Notes: generated by a model from the letters alone, not told the origin. Positions 1 to 11,396 are shown, counted from the stretch's first letter. The stretch: DNA of 64,000 nucleotides from Candidatus Bathyarchaeota archaeon (GCA_963733095.1 CAVTBV010000013.1:1-64000), one strand, 5' to 3'. A program made the numbers and translations.

Positions 1-534
1 CTCAAAGTTGTTGACGTGCGAAGTTCAAACAGCGGCTCCGTTCGACATTTGATGGATGTGGGCGAAGACCAAAGGCTCAAAGTTCCCAAAGAACTCGCCG
101 CCAAAAACCGCAGCGTGGAAGGCAAATCAGCAGTGTGGCTGGAAAGCGAGGGCTGCGGAGTATGCAACACAATTTTGGCTCATGACGCTTTTTTGGTGTC
201 GGGCAAAAGCATGCAAGGCAACATAATAACCTACAGTTTCATGGTGCCGACCGCTGACGCCTACAGAGGCATATTATTCTGGTTGGAAAGAGCTTTTCAT
301 GAAGTAAAAATCCTCAAAGTCGGCAAGTTAGATCAGCAAATAGGCGTTTTAACCGAGAATCAAGAGAGAATTTTTTGGTTGGCACTCAAAAGCGGCTTTT
401 TTGATTATCCGCGGCAGATTGGTATGGCGGAGTTGGCGGCTAAGTTGGACGTACTAGGTGCGGCAACGCTCTCTGAGATTATGAGACGGGGAACGCGGAG
501 GCTGCTGGAGCATTATTTTAAGCGTGAAATATAG
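1..534 (+). CDS. HTH_10 (Bat-type) DNA-binding domain protein, 5' partial
   Basis: C-terminal LTENQERIFWLALKSGFFDYPRQIGMAELAAKL motif; frame open from base 1. Confidence 0.8.
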   Translation, partial: LKVVDVRSSNSGSVRHLMDVGEDQRLKVPKELAAKNRSVEGKSAVWLESEGCGVCNTILAHDAFLVSGKSMQGNIITYSFMVPTADAYRGILFWLERAFHEVKILKVGKLDQQIGVLTENQERIFWLALKSGFFDYPRQIGMAELAAKLDVLGAATLSEIMRRGTRRLLEHYFKREI

Positions 535-637
535 TGACAAAACCGAAACAAAGTAGAAATCTACTGCACGCTCACGGACTACATTACCGGTTTTATGGGA
601 AAAATCAGGGTTTAGCCTTTTTGTCTAATATAAATTT

Positions 638-1088
638 TCAAAAATGACTGATGCTATAGTAATTGTTATGGAGGTTTAATAGCTTATTTCCAGCGGATTC
701 TTCACGTGTCTTTAGTTTCTCTTCCAAAAGAACGAGCAGTTCCTGAGGTTTCACTGGCTTGACCAAATAAGCATCTGCGCCTTCATCGAGCGCTTTAACA
801 CCCGTTTCAAGGGATGGAAAACCAGTAATCATGATTTTAACTGTGTGTTGGAGTTGTTTTTTGAGTTTTGCAAGTAAATCAGTACCATCCATATCTGGAA
901 GCCTAATGTCTACCAGCCGTATAGGTCGTAGTCGGCAGCGTTTTCAGCTTTTTCTATTGCTTCTTTGCCTGTTTCTGCTGTTTCAATTTCATAACCGCTC
1001 TTTTGCAGAATACGCGTGAAGGTTCGCAGAATCGATTTATCGTCGTCAACGACGGGTTGTTTTTTGCAATCTGTGCCACTTCTAACAT
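638..1088 (-). pseudogene. Response regulator receiver-domain protein, frameshifted (or sequencing error)
   Basis: VVDDDKSILRTF...ETAETGKEA and LVDIRLPDMDG...ITGF...ADAYLVKP lie in different frames. Confidence 0.75.
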
Positions 1089-1350
1089 TCCCTCTTAATT
1101 ATAATTTTGGCTTTTCTTAAACCTTGCGCGGTCATAATAAGCCCCAAATCTTTGAGTTATCAAGCCAACTTGATGATTGGTTTGATTCAACAAAGACTTC
1201 TTGCCCTTTACCATGGACAATCCTGACGATATTTTTTTGCCTGGATTAATAAACGCTATCCCACTTGATAAATTCAAAACGAAATGTTAACAATAAAGTT
1301 ATAACTCCAGGCAAAAAGAAGATGAATTCAGTATAACCGGTTTTGAGCGC

Positions 1351-2811
1351 ATGGTATCTGCACCTATTTCTTACACAATAGACACCGAAGTTCCATCCGC
1401 ATACTATGAGAAGCTATTTGACTTCATTTATACGCAGTACCTTGTTCCGCAAAAACAACAATTAAAAACCTATTTAGGGAAGCTAGTCCGGGTAGCAACA
1501 AAATCTCATACGTTGTTCTCGATGCGCAAGGAAGACAAACTATAAGCGTTGAAGTGACAGGTAAAGACACCGTAAACGCTAACATAACACCCTTAAAGTC
1601 GATATTTAGAGGTAACCCTCAAAGAAGCAAGACAAGATGTTCTCATCGCAACTGAGCTGTTTGAGGAAAAGGCCCGTAAAGCGACATGGTATTTTGCGTG
1701 GCGAGAAGGCGAAGAAATTCTACCTGAAAAAGTAAAGCTTCATGAAAAAAGCTTCAACCGCCTTTTCTTGGAAGCCCAAGTTTTATTAACCTTCGTATTT
1801 ATTGGGCTTCAACTGGGTTGCTGCGTTATTTCTGTTAGCATTTTACCCAAGCTACTTCTGGCTTGTCCCAATAATTTTGATTGTTTCACAATTAGTATTT
1901 GTTTTCTACTCAAACAAGATAGTTGCCCAGTCAGGTGATCGACGATTCCCCAAGGAAAACCCCTACATGCGATTCTTCGAATATCAGCCTGCAGTCGGGT
2001 CTTTCGGCACGTTAGATGGCTCTCAACAAATTTCGCCCGAACAGCTGGTAGATTTAAAGAAAGAAGTCTATAAGAAATAACCGCCAAACACGGCGCAATC
2101 GACTGCCAAGAAGCAGAAAAAATTTTTGCCGCCAAATACGATGTATCATGCAGACTCGGCAGTCTATCAGCCAAAAAAATCAACGTCTACGAACTGGTAA
2201 AGAAAGTTGCCGACCGTTTCGGGTACAAAGTACCTAAAATCGTGATTTCGAACACGATCGTTCCCAACGCAGCAGCTTCGGGTCCCAGCCCCAGCCGAGG
2301 CATAGTTTTGATAACTACTGGATTGCTTGTTCAATTAGAGGAGCCTGAGGTCATAAGCGTTTTAGGGCATGAATTTCGGCATCTTTCAGGCAGAGACCCT
2401 TAATCCTGTTTGGGCTGTTGAGCGCAGAGTTCCTGTTTCGGTTCTATGTATTGCTAGGTTTTTCCCTTCATATTCACTTCTCTGCTGTTCTTCATCTACT
2501 TCTTCGCAGTTATGACCCTAATATTCTTCATAGCGAAATTCTTTGAAGCCCGCGCAGACTTGACGTCGGCTATAATGATGGGGCAACCTAAGGTGATGGC
2601 TAGGTCGCTTGAGAAAATTGGGTTCCACAGACTTTTGTTTGAGCGAACGCCGAGTTTTCGTTTGCAGGAGTGGGTTGGCTTAGATTCGCACCCGCCGATT
2701 TACTTTAGAGTGGAACGTTTAGAGAATCTTGGAGATGAGAAGATTAAACATCCACTGGTTCAGTCGATTAAGGATGTGGTTAGAGGTTTTGCCGCTACCC
2801 TAAAAAGCTAA
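1351..2811 (+). pseudogene. M48 (HtpX-like) membrane zinc metalloprotease, several frameshifts
   Basis: PNAAASGP...ITTGLL...LGHEFRH (HExxH), FEARAD and SHPP motifs spread over several frames. Confidence 0.75.
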
Positions 2812-3287
2812 AATCTTCCCCGTTTGCAACCAAGTCCACCTTTCCGCATTTTGGTTTTTTGTCGATAAAGCCAAACTAAGACTAATCCCTGATGAAGCTA
2901 AAACAACTTAGTAAGAAGCAACATTATTCATTGCTGGGATTGATGGTGTTGAGGAAGGTGAAGTCGTCGGGGTGCAGATGGTGGCAAAGAATAAGCAGGG
3001 TTGCCTATCACGAAATTCCTCTCATTATCTAACCCGTAGTAGTAATGCAGAGTTGTTTGTTAAGCACGACTGCGCAACTACTGATCTCTGGGCTTGTTTT
3101 GTGTCCACAGTATTCAGCCAATCATAGAATCGCGCATGGTATTCGGTCTGAGCATACTCCATATTGTAAGAATAATTATGAGTTGAAAAACCAATAAAAG
3201 AAATACCATTCGTCTATCCAAATAAAAAAGTGTCTTCCTTAAATAAGGACACTGAAATCGTATCAATTATTGTCTTGCGGGATTGTC

Positions 3288-4724
3288 TTATTTTTTAGAT
3301 TCATTATTTCTTAGAGTTTGGCAAATCTTAATCAGCGAACTAATTCTATGTCTGCTTACCCAAACCAGTCCTGACAACAAAAACGCGTACCCAAAATACT
3401 GGACACTCATGAGGAGGCTAGTTACGCCGATTGGAGCATCATTAAAAAGTGAATAGCCCAAGTTAACATGAGGTTCTACTTTGAAAAGCAAATAATTCCA
3501 CGTGGAAAATAAATGCACATAATTCATGTTATAACTTATTGCTGCCCCCACCAATATGAAGCATGCTAAAGCAACGAAAAAATAGGGTATCTTGTTTAGT
3601 TTCTTTTTTCCCTTGTTTAAATTAATAAGTGAAATGTTTTTGGTTATCAATGATGCAGCTAACAAACTGAAGAATGGTAGTGATTGATAATCATATTTTA
3701 TTGCGTTTTGATAAGGAGATTTAAGGTCTAAACTTGCCCCCAAAAAAGTGTTAACGCCAATAACACAAATAATAGCGGCTAAAAAGATAGCGTCAAAAAC
3801 TAAAAACTTGTGAAATAAGCGTCTTTGAATCACGCACATGATTAACGATAAGATTGCTGCATCAATAAAAAACCATCCTAAACCATAGCTTACCAGAAAA
3901 TTGCCAACAAAAAAATATGACGGAACAATGTTGCTGGGTTCATTGATTATAAAATCAGTATGAACAAAAATGGAGAACAGTCCCAATCCAGTAATTGTTT
4001 GATACCATAAATAAGAAACCAGTAACACAGGCAAGAAAAATGCCGCCAACCAGCTTACGATACGCATAATGTTTTTTGGTCTATAATAGAAGAAGAGGGC
4101 TAATAATGGGACAAGAACAAAGATCGCATACAATTTTGTATTAAATGCAGCCGCAAAAATAATCCCAGCAGCAAAAAAAAGTTTGAATGAATCCCTGCGA
4201 ACAGCAATTATTCCTACGAACAAAGCTAATAGACTGAAGAATAAACACTGCACATCTATTAGGAATGTTCTGGAGAGGACAAGGTGCCATGGGCTAAAAG
4301 CGAATAGAGCCGCCGCGAAAAAGCCCGTTGTCTTGTCATACAGAGTCTTCCCAATTCCATAAACTAAGGCAACGCATCCAAGCCCAAACAAAGTAACCAA
4401 GAATGTACCATTGTAAATTGATGAACCGAAAACTTTGAAGAAAACTGCTATAATGTAAAAGCCTAACGGAGGCTGGTTAATTAAGCACAAACCGTTCGCA
4501 TAGGGCAAACCATATTTCATTACTCCCGACACAGCATCGTATTCCCATGCTGTATCGCCGTTGTAGTAGGGTCCTATTGAAATAGCAACGAGCATGAACC
4601 CGATTAAAATGCTTAACAAGGGGTAATTTTCGATAAAGAATTTTTTTAGACTATCCACTTTTACAGGTTTTTCTACAGTTCTGTTCTTTTGTAGTATTCG
4701 GGTAGTTGATGCTCTGTTTTCCAA
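3288..4724 (-). CDS. GT-C fold glycosyltransferase (family 39/PMT-like)
   Basis: Multi-TM protein; QPPLGFY, SRTFLIDVQ and TKLYA motifs. Confidence 0.8.
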   Translation of the reverse strand: MENRASTTRILQKNRTVEKPVKVDSLKKFFIENYPLLSILIGFMLVAISIGPYYNGDTAWEYDAVSGVMKYGLPYANGLCLINQPPLGFYIIAVFFKVFGSSIYNGTFLVTLFGLGCVALVYGIGKTLYDKTTGFFAAALFAFSPWHLVLSRTFLIDVQCLFFSLLALFVGIIAVRRDSFKLFFAAGIIFAAAFNTKLYAIFVLVPLLALFFYYRPKNIMRIVSWLAAFFLPVLLVSYLWYQTITGLGLFSIFVHTDFIINEPSNIVPSYFFVGNFLVSYGLGWFFIDAAILSLIMCVIQRRLFHKFLVFDAIFLAAIICVIGVNTFLGASLDLKSPYQNAIKYDYQSLPFFSLLAASLITKNISLINLNKGKKKLNKIPYFFVALACFILVGAAISYNMNYVHLFSTWNYLLFKVEPHVNLGYSLFNDAPIGVTSLLMSVQYFGYAFLLSGLVWVSRHRISSLIKICQTLRNNESKK

Positions 4725-4834
4725 AGCTATTTACTATCCTTAAAACACCATTTATTGGTCTTTGAACATAAGGTTTTTCTATGATAAGGGTTTAAAAAAG
4801 TTGCAAATCAAAGAAACAGTATTTTAAACAGGTT

Positions 4835-5914
4835 TCAACCGACTATGTTCTTCAGGTAAGGTAACCTCTTTAATGGGGCGATTATGGCGAGGCAGATGAG
4901 TAGGGTAACTACAGTTATTAATGGAATTTCTATTATTGGATTGATTGTTGTTACGCTTATTTTAAAGCCCAAGTACCCTTTTTGGAGAGACTCCAAGACT
5001 ATCACGTGGAAAAGGTAGATCGGCAAAGTATTTTCACTAATACTTTTGAGGACTTTGCTGCCGCGGGGAAATTTAGTTTCTACAGTTTGGTTGGGGATGG
5101 CGGCTAAGATAAGGAACAACGTGACTGAAGCGATTATAACACTAAAGCTTGATGCGTCAAGGAAGAATTGACTGTAATTTTCTCCTAATGTGCCAACCAG
5201 GAAATATGTTCCCATTATCGTCCAAACGGTGCTTAATGTTAAGCCTATGTAAAGAATTGACGGTCGAAAACGCAGCTTAGCTACGTAAGCTCCCAAGACA
5301 AAGTAGCCGATTAAACCAATCAATAGAAAAACACTGTCTCTAAACCACACAGCCTGTGGGCTAATGTTTGCGTATAGAATAAGCAGAGAAACTATACCTG
5401 TGCCAACAAACCAAATGAGCAGAAAATACCGTATGATCCGCCAATCAGCATGAGCCACGACCACCCGCAAAATAGGCGTGACAAGGTATAAGCCGATCAA
5501 AATGTACACGTACCAAAAATGAACATACGGTCCCGCAAGCACACCCTGGAGGATGGAAACTGTTGTTAGGGCTTGTCCCTTAACCGTAAAGTCCCATGCA
5601 AAGAATATTGCGCCCCAAAACAGGACCGGTATCCCAATTCTGTTCCAACGTTTCTTAAAGAAAACCCGCAGTGGCTCATCAGCTTTGTTCGGCTGGAGCA
5701 GTAGGGCACCAGTTAACATGATGAACAATGGTACGGCTGTTCTTGATATCGAATCGTAAACGTTTGATGTCCACCAGAGTTGCACACCCTCAGGCGACAT
5801 AAAATTCAAGGTTGGGTTGGGCTCGATTGCGGCATGAAGTAAAATAACAAGAATTATGGCTACTGTACGGATAAGGTCAACGGGAAGAGTAGTGCCCTGG
5901 GTCTTTGGGTACAT
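4835..5914 (-). CDS. Acyltransferase family 3 membrane protein
   Basis: DLIRTVAIILVILLH, AVPLFIMLTG, HFWY and IYLFH motifs. Confidence 0.9.
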   Translation of the reverse strand: MYPKTQGTTLPVDLIRTVAIILVILLHAAIEPNPTLNFMSPEGVQLWWTSNVYDSISRTAVPLFIMLTGALLLQPNKADEPLRVFFKKRWNRIGIPVLFWGAIFFAWDFTVKGQALTTVSILQGVLAGPYVHFWYVYILIGLYLVTPILRVVVAHADWRIIRYFLLIWFVGTGIVSLLILYANISPQAVWFRDSVFLLIGLIGYFVLGAYVAKLRFRPSILYIGLTLSTVWTIMGTYFLVGTLGENYSQFFLDASSFSVIIASVTLFLILAAIPNQTVETKFPRGSKVLKSISENTLPIYLFHVIVLESLQKGYLGFKISVTTINPIIEIPLITVVTLLICLAIIAPLKRLPYLKNIVG

Positions 5915-6016
5915 TTCGATCCCTTAAGTTTTATACTGTGTGTTTTGCTATTAACGATTTGCATTTACGCTAAAAAAAACGTTAGTTTGCATGGAAAAGC
6001 AGTTTTGCAAAAAAAA

Positions 6017-6730
6017 TTAACTTACGTTGAAATAATAATCATTTGGGGAACCATCTGGCAACGTTATTGCGTCATATACGTTGGAAGCAATGAGTGATGC
6101 ACCATCAGGGTTTGGATGCACCCCATCCATAAAATATTCTGAGTGGTTACCAAAAACATCGTACATGTTAACTGTAGGCAAATCTAATTGGTTTGCAACA
6201 TTGTCAACATGCGGTATCACCGAATTAACAAGGTATGTATTGTTGTAACTTGAGGTAGTGCTGAAAATCGGCGGTGACTCAACAATCCAGATTAGCTGAT
6301 TACCCTCAAGATTTTCAAAAGAGGTGACCAACTGGATATAGTCAGATTCAAAATTGTCTTCGCTGTGAGCGATTTCTGGGTTAGCATCATTTGTTCCAAG
6401 CATTATTACAACTATGTCGGGATCGAAGTTTTCTGCGTTCTTGAATGCGGTCTGGTTCATGTAAGGTATAGTGGAATTTTGTGACACAGTGGATCCGCAG
6501 ACGCCAAAATTACCCACCGTATAGTTAGAGCCAAGTAGCATTTGAAGTTTGTAGGGATATCCGCTTCCCTGAGTTATACTGTCTCCCACACAAGCAACAC
6601 GTACTGGTGTACCTAAAACAAGAGGTGTCGTTGCTACGCAGTATGCGGCAAGACCAGCTGACAGAATCATCACGGAAATTACGATTGCTGATACCGTTGT
6701 TTTCAGATCCATACCATTTGCCTCGACCAT
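6017..6730 (-). CDS. Secreted/anchored SGNH/GDSL hydrolase
   Basis: GDSIT, GTND and DGVHP blocks; N-terminal hydrophobic helix. Confidence 0.9.
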   Translation of the reverse strand: MVEANGMDLKTTVSAIVISVMILSAGLAAYCVATTPLVLGTPVRVACVGDSITQGSGYPYKLQMLLGSNYTVGNFGVCGSTVSQNSTIPYMNQTAFKNAENFDPDIVVIMLGTNDANPEIAHSEDNFESDYIQLVTSFENLEGNQLIWIVESPPIFSTTSSYNNTYLVNSVIPHVDNVANQLDLPTVNMYDVFGNHSEYFMDGVHPNPDGASLIASNVYDAITLPDGSPNDYYFNVS

Positions 6731-6828
6731 TCAGCGTTTGACACTTACGCAATTGAAATATTGGTTTCTATTGGAAGATTCGAATGCTAAGGTTTTAACC
6801 AGAATAGAGGCTCATCCAATATAAAATT

Positions 6829-7127
6829 TTAGGTAGAAATAGCCTGTTCGTCTTCATCCACGGTGACAATAAATTCGAGTTCGGGCTCCTTCACGATAAT
6901 GGCACTTCTTCTTTTTATGAGGCTTGCCTTTAGCATTAACGAGCCGCTTATCATAGCTCCTAAACCACCCAAGATACACATGTAACGAGTGTAGCCTCCA
7001 AAAAGTGGGTGAACTCCCTCTGACCACCCAAATAGGGCAAACTCTAAGGCTGAGGTACCTACAATTAACGCTAAAGCTCCAACTGTAATTTTGTTTTTAA
7101 GATGTTCGATTATTTTAGGCGTTGCAT
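6829..7127 (-). CDS. Small membrane protein, probable 1-nt frameshift just after the start
   Basis: ~99-codon open frame with two hydrophobic segments (KITVGALALIVG..., MCILGGLGAMISG); ATG after GAAGGTG is out of frame. Confidence 0.35.
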
Positions 7128-7608
7128 TGCACCTTCTAGGCGGATATTGTTTAGGTGCACATTAAGTGTGGCATGGGTAAACGGTTTATGAAATCAAGGT
7201 TCATATTTGAAATATTTTTTCGAAAAAACTTGTTCACCCCACATGTTAATAGTCTGAAAATCAGCTAATGCAGACCTATCCATCTATCGTTTCTGCATAA
7301 AACTACTATTAGGTTCCAAATAAAAAATTTCAAACTGTCGCAGAAAAAGAAAGAGCACTATCTTACTTTTCTCTTTATTTTGCTTCCATCGTCAAATGTA
7401 AGAACCCTCTGTGCAGGGTTTACTTTTGGAGCGACTTTTTCAACAATTTTCTTTTCAGTTTTATTCGTGTTTAACAAGCTATCCGTTAGACAAGAGATTC
7501 GACTTAAAACTTTGGTGGCTAATAAAATACTAATCGCTGCATTTTAATCACTAGAGTTTATCCATGCTTACTTTTAGAGGTGGTTTGCAACTTCCTTTGT
7601 TGGTGTTG

Positions 7609-8871
7609 TTATTCAATTTTACTATGTCTGTACCTCAAGATAGCGGCGAAGCCTCCTAAGGCTGTGAGCTTGGCTTTTTCCGTCGACTCTGTCGATATCA
7701 CCTCAACCCTTGCGTCTGTCTGCGAAGCCAAATCCTCCAGAACATCAATTATGTCCTTCTCCTCCACTTCATAATCAACCGCATTGCACCTCGAACATGG
7801 ACTCGAAATCATATCCCGCGTTGCTTGAACCTTCTGCTCGTTATGCAAAATTTTCGACTTTGATAATCTGCATTTTTTGCACAATAGAACAACTTGAATC
7901 ATTTCTGTAGTGTCCGCCACTAATGCAACTTCCACTTCACCATTCTTAAGAGCCGCCAAAACCACATCTAAACCGTAAGTAGCTAAATTGTCTTGTTTGC
8001 CCAGATAAGTCAAAAGCCGTTGCACAATCAATCTTTCCTCAGGTGCACACATGTTCTTGATGGTCTCGGATGATTTGTCAAGAACCTCTTTCACTCCTTC
8101 TTTGTCGGCGGATTGTGTATCAACCGTGCTAACTAGGGCATTTTGGAGTTCATAATGAAGATAATCACCCTTTAGAAAATCCTCTTTGGTTAGCCCCGGT
8201 CCCCCAACTGTCAACGCCGTAACTTTGTGTTTTTCAAGAAACGCTTTTGCAGAATGCTCTGCAACTCGGTGGAAATAGTTTGTGAGCGCCATATCGCGTT
8301 CTCTTTCATACCTTCGTTGGCTTGACCCGCCCTTTCCAGACTTGCCATGAATCCCCGAAGTAATATTCTCAAGAATTTCAAGGCGTTCACCATTGAGAAC
8401 CCCAAAGCTTGCCTCCTTTGAATCCAAAACAATTACCCCAACAACTTTTTGGTTTCTCAGCATTTCTCTTATAGGCTCTAACCGAAAATGGTTGTCAACT
8501 TCGTAGAGGTATGCGGTAATCGGTTCTGGTGGAGCGAGCTCTTCAACGTATAAAACTTCGTTTTCCGAGTTGTTAGGAGCGAAAGTCCCAGCAAATAAGG
8601 CAATTCCATTCTCAGGGATTTGATTCTGTAGTTTCAGTCGTTGGATAATATTCTTGAGAGCATCTTGCAGATGGTCTCTGATGTTCCTTGCGTTCTCGTA
8701 CTTTGAGGTTGCCTCTTCGGATTCATCCTTTAGGTTTGCAACTACTTTGTCCAGCGATGAGTCTCGTGGTATGTAGAGCGAGATAAACTCCATGCCCTTG
8801 CCCTCTTTGTCGGATAACCATGCCACGAGCTTTCTTAGTTTGTGCTGCTTCACTGAATTTGTGGTTGCCAT
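7609..8871 (-). CDS. aRF1/eRF1-family paralogue with degenerate catalytic and stop-recognition motifs
   Basis: ISLYIP, ENGIALF, GPGLTK and LGGFAAILRY motifs and CxxC-CxxC minidomain are present; GGSSQRR replaces GGQSxRR. Confidence 0.85.
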   Translation of the reverse strand: MATTNSVKQHKLRKLVAWLSDKEGKGMEFISLYIPRDSSLDKVVANLKDESEEATSKYENARNIRDHLQDALKNIIQRLKLQNQIPENGIALFAGTFAPNNSENEVLYVEELAPPEPITAYLYEVDNHFRLEPIREMLRNQKVVGVIVLDSKEASFGVLNGERLEILENITSGIHGKSGKGGSSQRRYERERDMALTNYFHRVAEHSAKAFLEKHKVTALTVGGPGLTKEDFLKGDYLHYELQNALVSTVDTQSADKEGVKEVLDKSSETIKNMCAPEERLIVQRLLTYLGKQDNLATYGLDVVLAALKNGEVEVALVADTTEMIQVVLLCKKCRLSKSKILHNEQKVQATRDMISSPCSRCNAVDYEVEEKDIIDVLEDLASQTDARVEVISTESTEKAKLTALGGFAAILRYRHSKIE

Positions 8872-8989
8872 CTGACATCCATGAAAATGTGTTGAAACCA
8901 AATTCGACACCTTAACGTTCAGTTACGGGGAATACTAATTTATAGAGTTTCTCAATAAGGGTATTTGTTTGGCAAGAGGAAATATTTTG

Positions 8990-10357
8990 ATGAAGAGAAC
9001 AAAGATAATATGCACTATGGGTCCTGCTTGTTCTTCAAAGCAAGCTATCAAAAAAATGTTTCATGCAGGCATGAACGGTGCAAGGATAAACACTGCCTAT
9101 GGAAATCTTGCCCAATATCAAACTGTTATAGAAACGGTGCGGGAAATTGCCGAAATCCCCATCCTTATTGACATTAAAGGGCCCGAAATCAGAATCAAAG
9201 CATCACAAAGAAAAATCTTGCAAAAAGGCGACACCTTGGAAGTGGGGTTTGACGGCGAAGCTGTCTGTTTCAATCACGATTTTTACGATAAAATGCAGGT
9301 TAATGATGAAATCTACATTGACAACGGAAAAATCAGAACCCGCGTAGTTGAAAAGAAAGACCGAAAACTTTTGCTTCTAACCCTAACCAACGGTGTGGTA
9401 GAGGATGGAAAAGGAGTCAACGTTCCCAATAAGTCCCTTGCAGTTCCAACTTTTCCTGAAAAAGACCTTGAAATCATAAAGTTTGCAAAAAAACACGACG
9501 TCGAATACGTTGCCCTTTCATTTACAAGAAATGCACAGGATGTAAGAAACCTCTCTGAAACCAACAGCTTTAAGGGAGGAATAATCGCAAAGATCGAGAA
9601 TTCTGAAGGCGTGCAGAATGTCGAAGAAATTTTGGATGCTTCCAGTGGGTTAATGGTTGCAAGGGGCGACTTAGGTGTTGAGATTGAACCTGAAAGAGTG
9701 CCTTTAGTTCAGAAATCACTCATCAAATTGTGTAATCAAAAGGGTAAGCTCGTCGTTACGGCGACAGAGATGCTTGAATCTATGATTAATCAACCTAACC
9801 CAACTAGAGCTGAGGTAAGCGATGTTGCAAATGCCATACTTGACGGCTCAGATGCAATAATGCTTTCAGGCGAAACAGCGGTCGGTCAATATCCATTGGG
9901 TGCTGTTGAGATGATGACGCGTATTGCAAATGAAACAGAGAAGGCGGTCAAGAGCAACGTTGAAGACACATCCTTCATCAACATTTCTGACACTGTAAGC
10001 CGAGCAATCCAGAGGATAAGCCAAAGCATGCCGGTTCACAAAGTTATTCCCCTAACACGCTCAGGATACACAGCCCGAATGATAGCCCGCTTCAAGATTG
10101 CCCAACCCATAATCGCGGTCACACCGGAAATTAAAGTTAAAAAACAATTAGAACTTGCATTCGGCGTTTATCCTGTTCTGTTTGATTATTACGAAGAAAA
10201 AGACCGAGTATCAGCCGTAGCAAACAAACTTCGCGAAATGCATCTGGTAAATGATGAAGAAACAGTATTGTTTACTTCCGCGATGAGAACCACGATGAAG
10301 CATGCAAGCAACTCGATTGAGATTCATAAAATAAAAGAATTAAGAAAGTTTTCGTAG
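8990..10357 (+). CDS. pyk: Pyruvate kinase
   Basis: [46 protein letters not shown] and MLSGETA motifs. Confidence 0.97.
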   Translation: MKRTKIICTMGPACSSKQAIKKMFHAGMNGARINTAYGNLAQYQTVIETVREIAEIPILIDIKGPEIRIKASQRKILQKGDTLEVGFDGEAVCFNHDFYDKMQVNDEIYIDNGKIRTRVVEKKDRKLLLLTLTNGVVEDGKGVNVPNKSLAVPTFPEKDLEIIKFAKKHDVEYVALSFTRNAQDVRNLSETNSFKGGIIAKIENSEGVQNVEEILDASSGLMVARGDLGVEIEPERVPLVQKSLIKLCNQKGKLVVTATEMLESMINQPNPTRAEVSDVANAILDGSDAIMLSGETAVGQYPLGAVEMMTRIANETEKAVKSNVEDTSFINISDTVSRAIQRISQSMPVHKVIPLTRSGYTARMIARFKIAQPIIAVTPEIKVKKQLELAFGVYPVLFDYYEEKDRVSAVANKLREMHLVNDEETVLFTSAMRTTMKHASNSIEIHKIKELRKFS

Positions 10358-10566
10358 GGACGATTGTAAGCATGACTTTCCTGAATTAAATACCGATTTT
10401 TCCAATTGTTTAAGGGTGGACCTGTAATTCGTAAATCTGCACTTGACCTAATTACATCGCCCGCCAAAACTCCACGCCCTCCACTGTAGGTTGGAATGTC
10501 TGATTCCAAGCCAATTTCCATGGAGAAATACACAATCTTGTCACCTTCAATAAAATTGTCGTGCAA
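10324..10566 (-). pseudogene. glgP: N-terminal fragment of alpha-glucan phosphorylase
   Basis: [35 protein letters not shown], then similarity stops. Confidence 0.7.
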
Positions 10567-10895
10567 TATTCGCTGTCAAAATAGTATGTTGCCCAAGAAA
10601 TTCACATTTAAACTCTGTTTTCTGTGGGTCTAATGGCATTCCACAAACTAGGTCTTTAGTCGAAATAAAATCAGAAGCCTCGCGGTATCTGCATACGCTT
10701 TCAGCAATAATTAGTTTTATCTTGCCTTAAAAACAATCTGAGCAATCTATGCAACCTTTTGCACTAAGCAAACTTCAAAATAGTTAATAGTCATCAAAAC
10801 ATAAACTATTAGATGTAGCAAAGCCGCGTTTTAACCGCTTGTAGTTTGACGTAGCGTTAACAGGAGACTCATTAGTTTTAGAAGGTTGAGACATT

Positions 10896-11396
10896 ATGGT
10901 TAAGAAAACTTACTCAATCACTGAGCAGTTAGATTTGCACGATGTTGTTGATTGTGTCAAGGGTCATCTGGAGAGAGCAGGATACGATGTTACCGCTTTG
11001 CATAATTATGGAAATGGGGTTACGATAAGGGCGGTAAAAGATAAACAAAGCTTCGTTGTTGAGGCTGTTGGGGGACGCGGAGAAATTTCTAGTGCAACAG
11101 GGGAAGAGGCGCTCTTGTATGCGGTTGGCGAAGTCGTGCGAAGGATGAAAGAGCGGGCAGCGTGGACTTTTTATGGAATTGCCTTTCCAAGGAGCTATTT
11201 GAAATTTTTGAAAGATTTCGAGGTGGGTGGAATTCGGTTGTTGGATTTTCATTTTTTTATCGTTGAGAATGTATGGTCTTTATACCATCTTGATGCAAAA
11301 GCGGCAATCGCGCTTATTGAAGATCTTAATGCGGACAAGCCTGAAAGGCTAATAGATTTAGATATAGATTTCAAGGATTATGATTTTAACGTATGA
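10896..11396 (+). CDS. Hypothetical protein with restriction-endonuclease-like (PD-(D/E)xK) fold
   Basis: HLERAGYDV...GVTIRAVK...VVEAVG pattern. Confidence 0.5.
   Translation: MVKKTYSITEQLDLHDVVDCVKGHLERAGYDVTALHNYGNGVTIRAVKDKQSFVVEAVGGRGEISSATGEEALLYAVGEVVRRMKERAAWTFYGIAFPRSYLKFLKDFEVGGIRLLDFHFFIVENVWSLYHLDAKAAIALIEDLNADKPERLIDLDIDFKDYDFNV

Noticed and set aside
1095-1277. 60-aa minus-strand ORF
   Set aside because: No motif; lies in a probable promoter region
2830-3180. Possible gene in the gap after the M48 protease
   Set aside because: Only a degenerate Ser/Thr/Pro linker and anchor-like remnant with stops; not supportable as a CDS
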